Positions 50,166-60,456 of a stretch of DNA of 64,000 nt are shown in pieces. The notes below the pieces were generated by a model. It was given only the letters and a program-made list of their open reading frames with translations. It did no database searches and was not told where the DNA came from. Within the stretch, counting starts at the first letter, position 1, and each line of letters starts with the position of its first letter. Location: NCBI GenBank assembly GCA_963764715.1, contig CAVXTP010000022.1:32001-96000 (forward strand), read 5' to 3'. Source of the stretch: an uncultured Acidobacteriota bacterium. Its GTDB lineage: Bacteria > Acidobacteriota > Thermoanaerobaculia > UBA5066 > Gp7-AA6. The translations under genes and the position numbers were made by a program.

Positions 50166-51537
50166 ATGCTCGACTCCGCAACCGCAGAAAAGACGCTGCC
50201 TCAGAACCTCGAGGCCGAACGCTCGGTCCTCGGGGCGGTCCTGCTCGACTCGGCGGCGCTCTCCTTCGTCGTCCCGATCCTCGGCCGCGACGACTTCTTC
50301 CCGGACACGCACCGCCGCATCTACGACGCGATGCTCGAGCTCTCCCAGCGCTCGGCCGAGATCGACGTGATCACGCTGAAGGAGGAGCTCGACCGCGCGG
50401 GCTCGATCGAGAAGGCGGGCGGGGCGGCCTACCTGACGTCGCTCGTGGACGCCGTTCCGGACGTCGGCAACGTCGAGCACTACGCTCGGATCGTCAAGGA
50501 GAAGTCGACGCTCCGGCGCCTCATCCGGGCGGGCCAGAAGATCGTGCGCGACGGTCTCGCCGGGGACCAGAACGCCGAGGAACTCCTCGGGGAGGCGACG
50601 GGCGAGATCTTCGACATCGCCGAAGGCGCGATTCAGGGCGGTTTCGAGCCGATCGGCCAGGTCGTCCGCCACAACCTCGAGATCATCGAGGACGCCCGCG
50701 GCCGGCAGGGGATGCTCTCGGGCCTCGCCACCGGGTTCACGGAGCTCGACCGGATGACCTCGGGCCTCCAGGGCACGGACCTGATCATCATCGCGGCGCG
50801 CCCGTCGGTCGGCAAGACCTCCTTCGCCCTCAACATCGCCCAGCACGTCGCGATCCGCGAGGGACGCTCGGTCGGGTTCTTCTCGCTCGAGATGTCCAAG
50901 GAGCAGCTCGGCTTCCGCGTGCTCTGCTCCGAGGCCGACGTCGACGCCAAGAAGGTCCGCGACGGCTTCGCGTCCAAGGAGGCCATGCAGCGGCTCGTCC
51001 TCGCCCAGTCCAAGATCCACGCGACGCGGTTCTTCATCGACGACAGCGCCCTCCTGAACGTCCCCGAGATGCGCGCCAAGGCGCAGCGCCTGAAGCGCGA
51101 GAAGGGGCTCGACCTCCTCCTCGTCGACTACATGCAGCTGATGGCGGGCCACGGCCGCTTCGACAACCGCACCCAGGAAGTGTCGATGATCTCGCGCGGG
51201 TTGAAGCTCCTCGCCAAGGAGCTGCGCGTCCCGATCGTGGCCCTCTCGCAGCTCTCGCGTCAGCCGGAGGCCGCGCAAGGGCGACCAGCGCAAGCCGCAG
51301 CTCGCCGACCTCCGGGACTCGGGCTCGATCGAGCAGGACGCCGACGTCGTCGTGTTCCTCTACCGCGAAGAGCTCTACGACCGGGACACCGAGCGCAAGG
51401 GCATCGCCGACGTGATCATCGCCAAGCAGCGCAACGGGCCGACGGGAGACTTCCCGCTCGTCTTCCTCGGCGACCACATGACCTTCGCCAACTACGTCGG
51501 CGGGCCGGCGGCGGAGCCCCAGGGCCAGCCCTTCTAG
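50166..51537 (+). CDS. dnaB: Replicative DNA helicase DnaB (apparent 1-nt insertion near 51270)
   Basis: [21 protein letters not shown] and SQLSR, then [18 protein letters not shown] and AKQRNGP in the next frame. Confidence 0.93.
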
Positions 51538-51605
51538 CCCGGAAGCGGCCGCCCCGGGGCCGGGGGCCGGCCGGGGCCGAAAAACGCGAGAGAATCGCGA
51601 GTCCA

Positions 51606-52749
51606 GTGAACCGCTCGCTCGAAAACGCCGACGCCCCCTGGTTCGTCCGCGCGCTCGTCGACCTCGACGCGGTCGCCGCCAACTACCGGTTCCTCGCCGG
51701 CCGAGTCGCTCCGCGCCCGGTCTACGCGGTGGTGAAGGCCGACGCCTACGGCCACGGCGCCGGGCCCGTCGCGGCGCGGCTGGCGCGGGAGGGGGCCGAC
51801 CGGTTCGCCGTCGCCAACGTCGCGGAGGGCGTGGCGCTGCGCCGGGCGGGGATCGGCGGCGAGGTCCTCGTGCTCTCGCGCGCCGAGCCCGAGGAGCTGC
51901 CGAGGATCGCGGCCTACGGCCTCGACGCCCGCGCTGTACGACGCCGCGCAGGCCGAGGCCTTCGCCGCGGCCGTCGGCCGTCGGGCCGATCCGCTCGCCG
52001 CGCACCTCGAGATCGACGCGGGCATGGGCCGCGCCGGCATCCGCCCGGAAGAGCTCGACCGCGTCATCGGGACGCTCCGCCGGTCGCCGCGTCTGTCGCT
52101 TTCCGGGACGTTCACGAACCTCTCCGGGGCGGACGATCCGTCCTCGCCGCAGACGGCGCGGCAGGTCGAGGTCCTCGGCGCGGCCGTCGCGCGGCTGCGC
52201 GACGCCGGCCTCGCGCCGGGCCTCGTGCACGCCGCCAACTCCGCCGCGATCCTCGGCGCGCCGCCGGCCTGGCTCGACGCCGTGCGCCCGGGGCTCGCCC
52301 TGTACGGCGTCTCGCCGGGCGAGGCTCTCGAGAGCGCGGATCTTCGCCCCGCGATGTCGCTCGAGGCGCGCGTCGCGTCGGTGCGGACCGTTCCCGCCGG
52401 AACGCCGCTCGGCTACGGCGGGCGCTTCGTGACGTCGCGCGAGTCGACGATCGCCGTGCTGCCCATCGGCTATCATGACGGCCTTCGTCGGTGCATGTCC
52501 GGACGAGTCTCGGTGCTTTTGCGCGGGATGCGGGTCCCGGTGGTGGGAGCGGTCAGCATGGATGTCACTCTGGTCGACGCGACCGGCACGGGTGCGCGGC
52601 GCGGCGACCGGGCGGTCTGCCTCGGTCGCGACGGGGGCGAGACGGTGACGGCCTGGGACCTCGCGCGCGCCGCCGCGACGATCCCCTACGAGATCCTCTG
52701 CGGCATCGGTCCGCGCGTCGAGCGGGTCCACACGGAGGGCCGCGGGTGA
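51606..52749 (+). CDS. alr: Alanine racemase (apparent 1-nt insertion near 51924)
   Basis: AVVKADAYGHG PLP lysine, then HLEIDAGMGR, ANSAA, RPGLALYG and VSMD in the next frame. Confidence 0.92.
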
Positions 52750-53519
52750 TCGTCCGGGCCCTCGAGTCGGTCGGGCGCAAGGTGATCCGATTCCTCGAAG
52801 AGCTCGGCCGGTTCTTCGGAATGCTGGGCCGGATCCTGGCGTGGGCGCCGCGGCCGCCGTACGACGTCGCGGAGTGGATCCGCCAGATGGTGCGGGTCGG
52901 CGTGGACTCGATCCCGCTCGTGTTCCTGACGACGCTCTTCACGGGCATGGTGCTCGCTCTCCAGACCTTCACGGGTTTCGCCCGCTTCAACGCCCAGAGC
53001 CTCGTCGGGGCCGTCGTGGCCCTCTCGCTGACGCGCGAGCTCGCGCCGGTCCTGTCCGCCCTGATGGTCTCGGGCCGGGTCGGCAGCGCCATGGCCGCCG
53101 AGATCGGCAGCATGCGCGTGACCGAGCAGATCGACGCCCTCGAGGCCCTGGCGACCGAGCCCGTGCAGTACCTCGTGGTGCCGCGGGTCTTCGCCTCGGT
53201 CCTGATGCTGCCGCTGCTCGTCGTGATGGGCGACGTCGTGGGCATGTACGGGGGCTTTCTCGTCGCGGTGCAGCTGCTCGGCGCCAACCCGGTGACGTAC
53301 TACGACAGCTCGTTCCAGTTCCTGGACCTCGAGGACTTCACCGTCGGGCTCGTGAAGGCCGCGGTCTTCGGGCTGATCCTGTCGGTCGTGGCCTGCAGCC
53401 GCGGGTACTACACCGAGGGCGGAGCGGAGGGCGTCGGCCGGGCGACGACCCAGGCCGTCGTCGTCGGGAGCCTCGCGATCCTGCTCGCCGACTTCTTCCT
53501 GACGAGGTTGCTCTTTTGA
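52746..53519 (+). CDS. mlaE: MlaE ABC permease
   Basis: RELAPVL, GSAMAAEIGSMRVTEQIDAL and GAEGVGRATT. Confidence 0.93.
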   Translation: MIVRALESVGRKVIRFLEELGRFFGMLGRILAWAPRPPYDVAEWIRQMVRVGVDSIPLVFLTTLFTGMVLALQTFTGFARFNAQSLVGAVVALSLTRELAPVLSALMVSGRVGSAMAAEIGSMRVTEQIDALEALATEPVQYLVVPRVFASVLMLPLLVVMGDVVGMYGGFLVAVQLLGANPVTYYDSSFQFLDLEDFTVGLVKAAVFGLILSVVACSRGYYTEGGAEGVGRATTQAVVVGSLAILLADFFLTRLLF

Positions 53520-54340
53520 GCGCCGCGCGCCCCGCGCGGGCCGGCGCGTCCGACGGCAAGCTCCGCACGGAGAACCTCCGCAAGTCGTTCAAGGGCCACG
53601 TCGTGCTCGACGGGATCGACCTGTCGATCGGAAAGGGCGAGTCGCTCGTCATCGTGGGCCCGTCGGGGACCGGCAAGAGCGTCCTCCTCAAGCACCTCAT
53701 CGGGCTCGTGCGGCCGGACGCGGGCCGGGTCCTCGTCGACGGCCAGGACCTCTGGGCCCTCGACGCCCTCGGGCGCAACGCGGCGCGCAAGAAGTTCGGA
53801 ATGTCGTTCCAGGAGGGCGCGCTCTTCGACTCGATGAGCGTGTACGACAACGTGGCCTTCCCGCTGCGCCGGTCGGGGCGCACGCCCGCGCAGGTCCGGG
53901 CCCGGGTCGAGGAGTGCCTCGAGCTCGTCCAGCTTCCCGAGATCGGCGCCAAGCGCCCCTCGGAGCTCTCGGGCGGCATGCGGCGGCGCGTCGGCTTCGC
54001 GCGGGCCATCGCGCACCAGCCCGAGATCCTCCTCTTCGACGAGCCCAACACCGGCCTCGATCCGATCACGACCGACGTCATCGCCGAGGTCATCCTCGGC
54101 ATCCGCCGGCAGATGGAGCCGACGATCGTGACGATCACCCACCACATCCCGAGCGCCCGCAAGATCGGGGACCGGCTCGCCCTGCTCTTCGGGGGTCGGA
54201 TCCTCTTCGACGCCCCTCCCGAGGAGTTCATGAACTCGAGCGACCCCGCGGTGCGGCAGTTCGTCGAGGGGCGGGCCGACGGGCCGCTGACGGCCGAGTC
54301 GGAGAGGGCCAGGCAACGGGCCATTTCGGAGGCGCGATGA
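53516..54340 (+). CDS. mlaF: MlaF ABC ATPase
   Basis: GPSGTGKS, FQEGALFDS, LSGGM and DEP..GLDP. Confidence 0.92.
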   Translation: MSAARPARAGASDGKLRTENLRKSFKGHVVLDGIDLSIGKGESLVIVGPSGTGKSVLLKHLIGLVRPDAGRVLVDGQDLWALDALGRNAARKKFGMSFQEGALFDSMSVYDNVAFPLRRSGRTPAQVRARVEECLELVQLPEIGAKRPSELSGGMRRRVGFARAIAHQPEILLFDEPNTGLDPITTDVIAEVILGIRRQMEPTIVTITHHIPSARKIGDRLALLFGGRILFDAPPEEFMNSSDPAVRQFVEGRADGPLTAESERARQRAISEAR

Positions 54341-55779
54341 GCAACACGGCGAAGATCGGTGCGTTCTTTCTCGCGGCTCTCGTTCTGGCGGGCCTTCTCG
54401 TCTGGAAGATCGAGGACCTGCGCTTCGGCCGGGGCAAGGGCAAGACGATCTCGGTGCAGTTCGACGACGTGGCCGGGCTCAAGGAGAAGTCCGACGTCCG
54501 CATGGCCGGCGTCCTCGTCGGCAAGGTGGCGCGCATCCGCCTCGTCGGCGGCAAGGCCCTCGTCGACATCGAGCTGACCCGCGACGTCGCGCTGCGGGAG
54601 GGCGCGTCGGCCTCGATCCAGAGCCTCGGCATGCTCGGCGACAAGTACATCGAGCTGATCCCGGGGCCGGTCGGGGGGTCGGCCCTCGCGGAAGGGGCGG
54701 TCCTGAAGGGCGAGGCGCCGGTCTCCTTCGACCAGATCACGCGGCTCGCGCGGGACATCGAGGTCGACATCCGGGACATCACCTCGAACCTCAAGGAGTC
54801 CCTGGGCGGCGCGCTCGGCGAGGAGCGCCTGACGGGCATCGTCGACAACGTGCTCGTCCTGTCCCAGGAGCTGCGCAAGATCCTGGAGGCGAACCGCGCC
54901 AACATCGACTCCACGACCGCCAACTTCAAGGAGTTCTCGAGCCAGATGACCCAGCTCGTCGACCGGATCGACCGGCTCGTCGCGGCCAACTCGGGCAACG
55001 TGACGCAGGGAGTCGAGAACGCGAAGGACCTGACCTCCAAGCTCCAGACGACGGTCGACAACATGAACGCGATCACCGGCAAGATCGCCCAGGGCCAGGG
55101 CACGGTCGGCAAGCTCGTCAACAACGACGAGACGATCAAGAACCTGAACGAGGCCCTCGTGTCGGTCAAAGAGGGCGTCGAGGACCTCACGGACGCCATG
55201 AAGAAGGTCAAGAAGCTCAACCTCGACCTCGGACTGCGCGCGGAGTACCTGACGTCCAACGGCAAGGGCAAGGCGTACTTCTCGGCCGACCTCCAGCCGG
55301 TCGGCACGCAGCGCTTCTACCGGCTCGAGCTCTCGAGCCAGCCGTACGGCGTCCGCCACGACACGACCACGATCACGACCATCACCTACCCCGACGGCCA
55401 CACCGAAGTCGTGCGTTCGGACCAGGCCGAGTTCAAGGACTCGGTCGCGATCTCGGCCGAGGTCGGCTACCGGATCGGGCACTGGGTGGGGCGGGCCGGG
55501 CTGATCGAGAACTCCGGCGGCGCGGGCCTCGACTACCTGACGCTCCAGGACCGGCTGCGCCTTTCGGCGGAGGTCTGGAACTTCTCGGACGAGGACGGCC
55601 TCAACCCGCACGCCAAGCTGAGCGGGAGGTACTACTTCACCCCGACGATCTTCCTGACGGGAGGCTGGGACGATCTGCTCAACACGAAGGCGAACCGGGA
55701 CTCGTTCTTCATCGGCGCCGGGATCCGCTGGGGCGACGACGACATGAAGTACCTGGCCGGCTCGATCCCGACGCGGTAG
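54337..55779 (+). CDS. mlaD: MlaD/MCE-family protein with coiled coil and C-terminal beta-rich domain
   Basis: N-terminal TM, VAGL...SDVRMAGV.VGKV, GMLGDKYIEL.PG. Confidence 0.88.
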   Translation: MSNTAKIGAFFLAALVLAGLLVWKIEDLRFGRGKGKTISVQFDDVAGLKEKSDVRMAGVLVGKVARIRLVGGKALVDIELTRDVALREGASASIQSLGMLGDKYIELIPGPVGGSALAEGAVLKGEAPVSFDQITRLARDIEVDIRDITSNLKESLGGALGEERLTGIVDNVLVLSQELRKILEANRANIDSTTANFKEFSSQMTQLVDRIDRLVAANSGNVTQGVENAKDLTSKLQTTVDNMNAITGKIAQGQGTVGKLVNNDETIKNLNEALVSVKEGVEDLTDAMKKVKKLNLDLGLRAEYLTSNGKGKAYFSADLQPVGTQRFYRLELSSQPYGVRHDTTTITTITYPDGHTEVVRSDQAEFKDSVAISAEVGYRIGHWVGRAGLIENSGGAGLDYLTLQDRLRLSAEVWNFSDEDGLNPHAKLSGRYYFTPTIFLTGGWDDLLNTKANRDSFFIGAGIRWGDDDMKYLAGSIPTR

Positions 55780-55794
55780 AGGGAGCCAGACGCC

Positions 55795-57156
55795 ATGCCC
55801 CGCGCCGTCACGCTCTTCGCCTGCCAGTCCTGCGGCGCCACCGCGCCGAAGTGGCTGGGCCGCTGCCCCGAATGCGGCGACTGGAACTCCTACATCGAGG
55901 AGGCCCGCGAGAAGCCGGCGCCGGCGGCCGCCGTCGCGGGCGGCAGTCGCTCCGTTCCGATCGGCGAGGTCGATCCGCTCGAGGGACCGCGCTGCCCGAC
56001 CGGGCTGCCGGGCTTCGACCGCGTCCTCGGCGGCGGCCTGGTTCCCGGCTCGGTCGTGCTGCTCGGCGGCGAGCCCGGGATCGGCAAGTCGACGCTGCTC
56101 TTCCAGGCCGGGCGCGGCGTGGCGGCCGGGGGAGGCCGCGACGTGCTGTACGCGAGCGCCGAGGAGTCGGCGGCGCAGGTACGCCTGCGGGCCGAGCGGC
56201 TCGGCATCCGCGACGGGCGCCTCCTGGTGCTCGCCGAGACCGACGTCTCGCGCATCGTGGCCGAAGCCGAGGCCCGCCAGCCCGCGCTCGTCGTCGTCGA
56301 CTCCGTGCAGGCGGTCGCGAGCCCGTCGCTCGCCTCGACTCCAGGGACGGTCTCCCAGGTGCGGGCCGTCGCCGCGGAGCTGACGCGCTACGCGAAGTCG
56401 CGGGGCGTGCCCGTCCTCCTCGTCGGGCACGTCACCAAGGACGGCAGCCTCGCGGGACCGAAGTCGCTCGAGCACCTCGTCGACGCCGTCGTCTCGATCG
56501 AGGGCGACCGCGGCGGCTCGCGGCGGCTTCTCCGCGCGACCAAGAACCGCTTCGGACCGGTCGACGAGATCGCCCTGTACGAGATGACGGGGGAGGGACT
56601 GACGGAGCTGCCGGACGCCTCGGCGGTGCTCCTCGCGGAGCGGCGCCCGGGGCTTCCGGGCAGCGCGGTCACGGCGGCCCGGGAGGGCACGCGCTCGGTT
56701 CTCGTCGAGATCCAGGCCCTCGTGGGGTCCGTCTCGGCGGGATCGCCGCGCCGGGTCGCGATCGGCCTCGACGGCGGCCGCCTCGCGCTCCTGCTCGCGG
56801 TGCTCGAGGGAGCCGGGCTGGCCCTTTCGTCCCGCGAGGTCTTCGTGGCCTGCACGGGGGGAATCGAGGTCACGGAGCCGGCCGCGGACCTCGCGGTGAT
56901 CGCGGCGCTCGCCTCCTCGGCGCGCTCGGCCCCGCTTCCGGACCGCAGCGTGTTCTTCGGGGAGATCGGGCTGCTCTCCGAGGTGCGGAGGGTGCCGGCG
57001 GCCGCGTCGCGGCTGAAGGAAGCCTCGGCGCTCGGGTTCCGGACGGTGTTCCTTCCGGCCGGCAACGCCGGCGAAGCCGCGCCGTTCACGGACCTCGCCT
57101 GCCGTCCCGTCGATCGTGTGGCGGAGTTCCTCCGCGAGCTCTTCGGCAACCGCTGA
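55795..57156 (+). CDS. radA: DNA repair protein RadA/Sms
   Basis: CQSC..KWLGRCPEC, GEPGIGKS and KNRFG. Confidence 0.96.
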   Translation: MPRAVTLFACQSCGATAPKWLGRCPECGDWNSYIEEAREKPAPAAAVAGGSRSVPIGEVDPLEGPRCPTGLPGFDRVLGGGLVPGSVVLLGGEPGIGKSTLLFQAGRGVAAGGGRDVLYASAEESAAQVRLRAERLGIRDGRLLVLAETDVSRIVAEAEARQPALVVVDSVQAVASPSLASTPGTVSQVRAVAAELTRYAKSRGVPVLLVGHVTKDGSLAGPKSLEHLVDAVVSIEGDRGGSRRLLRATKNRFGPVDEIALYEMTGEGLTELPDASAVLLAERRPGLPGSAVTAAREGTRSVLVEIQALVGSVSAGSPRRVAIGLDGGRLALLLAVLEGAGLALSSREVFVACTGGIEVTEPAADLAVIAALASSARSAPLPDRSVFFGEIGLLSEVRRVPAAASRLKEASALGFRTVFLPAGNAGEAAPFTDLACRPVDRVAEFLRELFGNR

Positions 57157-57195
57157 GGGCGGGGGCCTCCGGGACGACCGGAGTCGGGCCCGGGG

Positions 57196-58092
57196 CTAGG
57201 ACGTCAGGTGCTCCGGCATCGCGTCCGTGATCCGGCGGAAGGCGTCGAGGTACTTCTCGCGCGTCGTCCGGACGACGCCCTCCGGCAGCTTCGGGGCCGG
57301 CGGCTTCTTGTCCCAGCCCGTCGATTCCAGCCAGTCCCGGACGAACTGCTTGTCGAACGAGGCCTGGCCCCGGCCGGGCTGATAGAGCGTCGCGTCCCAG
57401 TAACGGGAGGAGTCGGGCGTGAAGGCCTCGTCGATCCAGATGATCCGGTCGTCGAGGCGGCCGAACTCGAGCTTGGTGTCGGCGAGGATCAGGCCCCGGG
57501 ACGCCGCATAGTCGGCGGCGCGGGAGTAGAGCGAAAGCGTCATGTCGCGCAGACGCTCGGCTTCGCCCTCGGGCAGGTCGCGGGCCATCCGCTCGAAGGA
57601 GATGTTTTCGTCGTGGCCGGTCTCGGCCTTCGTCGCCGGCGTGAAGATCGGCTCCGGCAGCCGGTCGGACTCCCGGAGGCCTTCCGGAAGGCGGATGCCG
57701 CAGACGTGGCCGGTCTTCCGGTACTCGGCCCAGCCGGAGCCCGCGAGGTACCCGCGGGCGACGCACTCGAACGGGATGACCTCGCACTTGCGGACGATCA
57801 CGGACCGCCCTTCGAGCTGCGCCGCGTCGGCCTGGAGCTCCTCCGGAAAGCGGGAGACGTCCGTCTCGAGGAGGTGGTTCTCGACGTCGGCGAACTTCCG
57901 GAACCAGAAGTTGGAGAGCTGGTTCAGGATCTTGCCCTTGTCGGGTATCCCGGGGGAGAGGACCACGTCGAAGGCCGAGATCCGGTCGCTCGCGACAAGG
58001 AGTAAAGAGTGGTCGAGATCGTAGAGCTCGCGGACTTTTCCGCGGCGGGAGAGGCGCGCGCTCGCCAGATGCGTTTCGGTAATGGCCGTCAT
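57196..58092 (-). CDS. purC: SAICAR synthetase
   Basis: GKVRELY, SDRISAFD, ADTKLEFG, TPDSSR and DKQFVR. Confidence 0.96.
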   Translation of the reverse strand: MTAITETHLASARLSRRGKVRELYDLDHSLLLVASDRISAFDVVLSPGIPDKGKILNQLSNFWFRKFADVENHLLETDVSRFPEELQADAAQLEGRSVIVRKCEVIPFECVARGYLAGSGWAEYRKTGHVCGIRLPEGLRESDRLPEPIFTPATKAETGHDENISFERMARDLPEGEAERLRDMTLSLYSRAADYAASRGLILADTKLEFGRLDDRIIWIDEAFTPDSSRYWDATLYQPGRGQASFDKQFVRDWLESTGWDKKPPAPKLPEGVVRTTREKYLDAFRRITDAMPEHLTS

Positions 58093-58142
58093 GGGCCGGT
58101 GAAGTTAGCACAGCCCGCGGCTCTGTTATCGTAGGGGGCCCC

Positions 58143-59600
58143 ATGCGAATGCGATTGACGGATTCCCCGCCTCGCCGCGCCTCGGCCGTCCGGGTCGCTT
58201 TTCTGCACGAATCCCCGGACCCGGCCCGGGGCGCCCCGCCGAAGGTGGCCGCCGCGTTGCGGGCGGCCGTCCGCGCCTCGGGATTCCGGGGCAAGGAGAA
58301 GGAGGTCGTCACGGCGGGCTCGGGCGCAGGGGCCTGGACGCTCTGCGGCCTCGGTCCGGCGCCCGCGTCGGCGACCCGGTGGCGCGGCGTGCTCCGCCGG
58401 GCGGTCCGCGACGCGCTCTCCCGGCCCGGCCGGCCCATCGTGCTCGCGTTCGGCGCCGGAGTCTCGGAGGCCGATTTCCGGGCGCTGCTTCCCCAGATCG
58501 CCCTGGCGGATTACGCCTTCGACCGCTACAAGTCCGCCGGCGCGCCGAAGAAGGCGGCCGGGACCGTCGACGTCGTGCCGCCGCCCGGCATGACCGCCGC
58601 GAGCCTCGCCGGCGCGGCCCGGGATGCCCGGGGGGTCGCGGAGGCCGTCGTCTGGGCGCGCGACGTCGGCAATACTCCCGGAAACGATCTCGGCCCGGTC
58701 GAGCTCGCGGCCGAGGCGCGAAAGCTCTGCGCCCGCCATCGGCTGCGCTTCCGCGCCCTCGACCGCCGGCAGATCGAAAAGGAGAAGATGGGCGGCCTTC
58801 TCGGCGTCAACGCCGGCAGCGCCCGCCCGCCCCTCCTGCTGATCGGCGAGCATGCCCCCGCCCGGCCGCGCGGCACCGCGGTCCTCGTCGGGAAGGGCAT
58901 CACGTTCGACTCCGGCGGGATCTCGCTCAAGCCGGCCCCGGCGATGGGAGAGATGAAGTACGACATGATGGGCGCCGCCACCGTCTTCGCCTGCCTCGCG
59001 GCGGCGAAGGCCCAGCGTCTGCCGGTGCGCGTCGTCGCGCTCGCGCCGGTCACCGAGAACATGCCGGGCGGCTCGGCGCAGCGTCCGGGCGACATCCTCC
59101 GCATGCGCAACGGCAAGACCGTCGAGGTCGACAACACCGACGCCGAGGGGCGGCTCGTCCTGGGCGACGCCCTCTCGTACGCCGAGAAATTCAAGCCCGA
59201 CGTCCTCGTCGATTACGCGACGCTGACGGGCGCGGTCCTGATCGCGCTCGGCCACGAGTGCGCCGGGCTGATGACCGACGACGCCGCGCTCGCCGCGGCG
59301 CTCGAGTCGGCGGGCGAGGCCACGGGCGAACGGGTATGGCGGCTGCCCCTGTGGCCGGAATACCGCGACAACCTCCGGTCGGAGTGGGCCGACATGAGGA
59401 ACACGGGGGGGCGATCCGCCGGAACGATCAACGCCGGGATCTTCCTCAAGGAGTTCGTGCCGAAGAACGTTCCGTGGGCGCACCTCGACGTCGCGGGCGT
59501 GGCCCATTTCGAGAAGGAACAGAGCGGCTGGCCGCCGGGGGCCTCCGGCTTCGGCGTGGCCCTGACGATGGAGTTCCTCCGGAAGCGATTCGGCGCGTAG
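58143..59600 (+). CDS. pepA: Leucyl aminopeptidase (M17)
   Basis: VGKGITFDSGG, MKYDM and NTDAEGRL. Confidence 0.94.
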   Translation: MRMRLTDSPPRRASAVRVAFLHESPDPARGAPPKVAAALRAAVRASGFRGKEKEVVTAGSGAGAWTLCGLGPAPASATRWRGVLRRAVRDALSRPGRPIVLAFGAGVSEADFRALLPQIALADYAFDRYKSAGAPKKAAGTVDVVPPPGMTAASLAGAARDARGVAEAVVWARDVGNTPGNDLGPVELAAEARKLCARHRLRFRALDRRQIEKEKMGGLLGVNAGSARPPLLLIGEHAPARPRGTAVLVGKGITFDSGGISLKPAPAMGEMKYDMMGAATVFACLAAAKAQRLPVRVVALAPVTENMPGGSAQRPGDILRMRNGKTVEVDNTDAEGRLVLGDALSYAEKFKPDVLVDYATLTGAVLIALGHECAGLMTDDAALAAALESAGEATGERVWRLPLWPEYRDNLRSEWADMRNTGGRSAGTINAGIFLKEFVPKNVPWAHLDVAGVAHFEKEQSGWPPGASGFGVALTMEFLRKRFGA

Positions 59601-59657
59601 CTCCCCGCGCGCGGCCGTTTGACTCGCCCGGACCCCTTTGTTACGGTTTCGCGCGCC

Positions 59658-60440
59658 ATGCCCCTGAGAGACTTTCCGATCGGCCCCGCGGGCGAAGATG
59701 TCTTCCCGCGCTTCGTCGCCCGGCTGGCCGAAAAGCTGGACGACCCGTCGCTCGACCGGAACGTGATCGTGCGGGACGCCCTCGCGCAGCTCTATCTCGG
59801 CCGGACCGTCGACCACGAGGCGATCCTGGCCGATCCGGACGTTCCGCTCGCGACGAAGACCCTCGTGGCGACCTTCGACCCGCGCAACGCGACGCTCGAG
59901 GCCGAGTACTACCGGGAGCTCGACCCCGTCCGATGGGCCCCCGTCAAGCCCCTCCTCTGGTTCTGGCAGATGTTCGATCACTCTCCCGTCGGCCGGAACG
60001 TCCGCCTCGGGACGCAGATGCGCTACATGCTCGCGCAGCGGGTCTTCAAGAAGTGCGGAAAGAAGGTCCGCATCTTCCACGAGGTCGAGCTCTCGTTCGG
60101 CTACAACCTGTCGGTCGGCGACAACGTCACGATCCACCGCAACGTCCTGATCGACGACCGCGGGGAGGTCGTGATCGGCGACGACGCCTCGATCTCGGAC
60201 TACGCCAACATCTACTCCCACGCTCACGCCGTCGAGGACATCCAGGACGTCTCGCTGGCGCGGACCGAGATCGGCGAGCGCTCCCGCGTCACCTATCACT
60301 CCGTGATCCTCTCGGGTGTCAAGGTGGGCAAGGACGCCATCGTGGGCTCGATGGGCGTCGCTTCCAAGCCCGTCGACCCGGGAGCGATCGTCGGCGGGAT
60401 CCCGGCCCGGCCGATCGCGCAGAAGAGCGTCAAGCCGTAG
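59658..60440 (+). CDS. Left-handed beta-helix acyltransferase
   Basis: Hexapeptide repeats (VGDNVT, IGDDAS, VGKDAI) and terminal GGIPAR. Confidence 0.82.
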   Translation: MPLRDFPIGPAGEDVFPRFVARLAEKLDDPSLDRNVIVRDALAQLYLGRTVDHEAILADPDVPLATKTLVATFDPRNATLEAEYYRELDPVRWAPVKPLLWFWQMFDHSPVGRNVRLGTQMRYMLAQRVFKKCGKKVRIFHEVELSFGYNLSVGDNVTIHRNVLIDDRGEVVIGDDASISDYANIYSHAHAVEDIQDVSLARTEIGERSRVTYHSVILSGVKVGKDAIVGSMGVASKPVDPGAIVGGIPARPIAQKSVKP

Positions 60441-60456
60441 CGGTAGACTCTCCCGC

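Noticed and set aside
50100-52478. 792-aa DnaB-alanine racemase fusion ORF, or an intein in DnaB
   Set aside because: It arises from the dnaB frameshift reading through into the alr frame. Both proteins are complete once single bases are removed, and no intein motifs are present.
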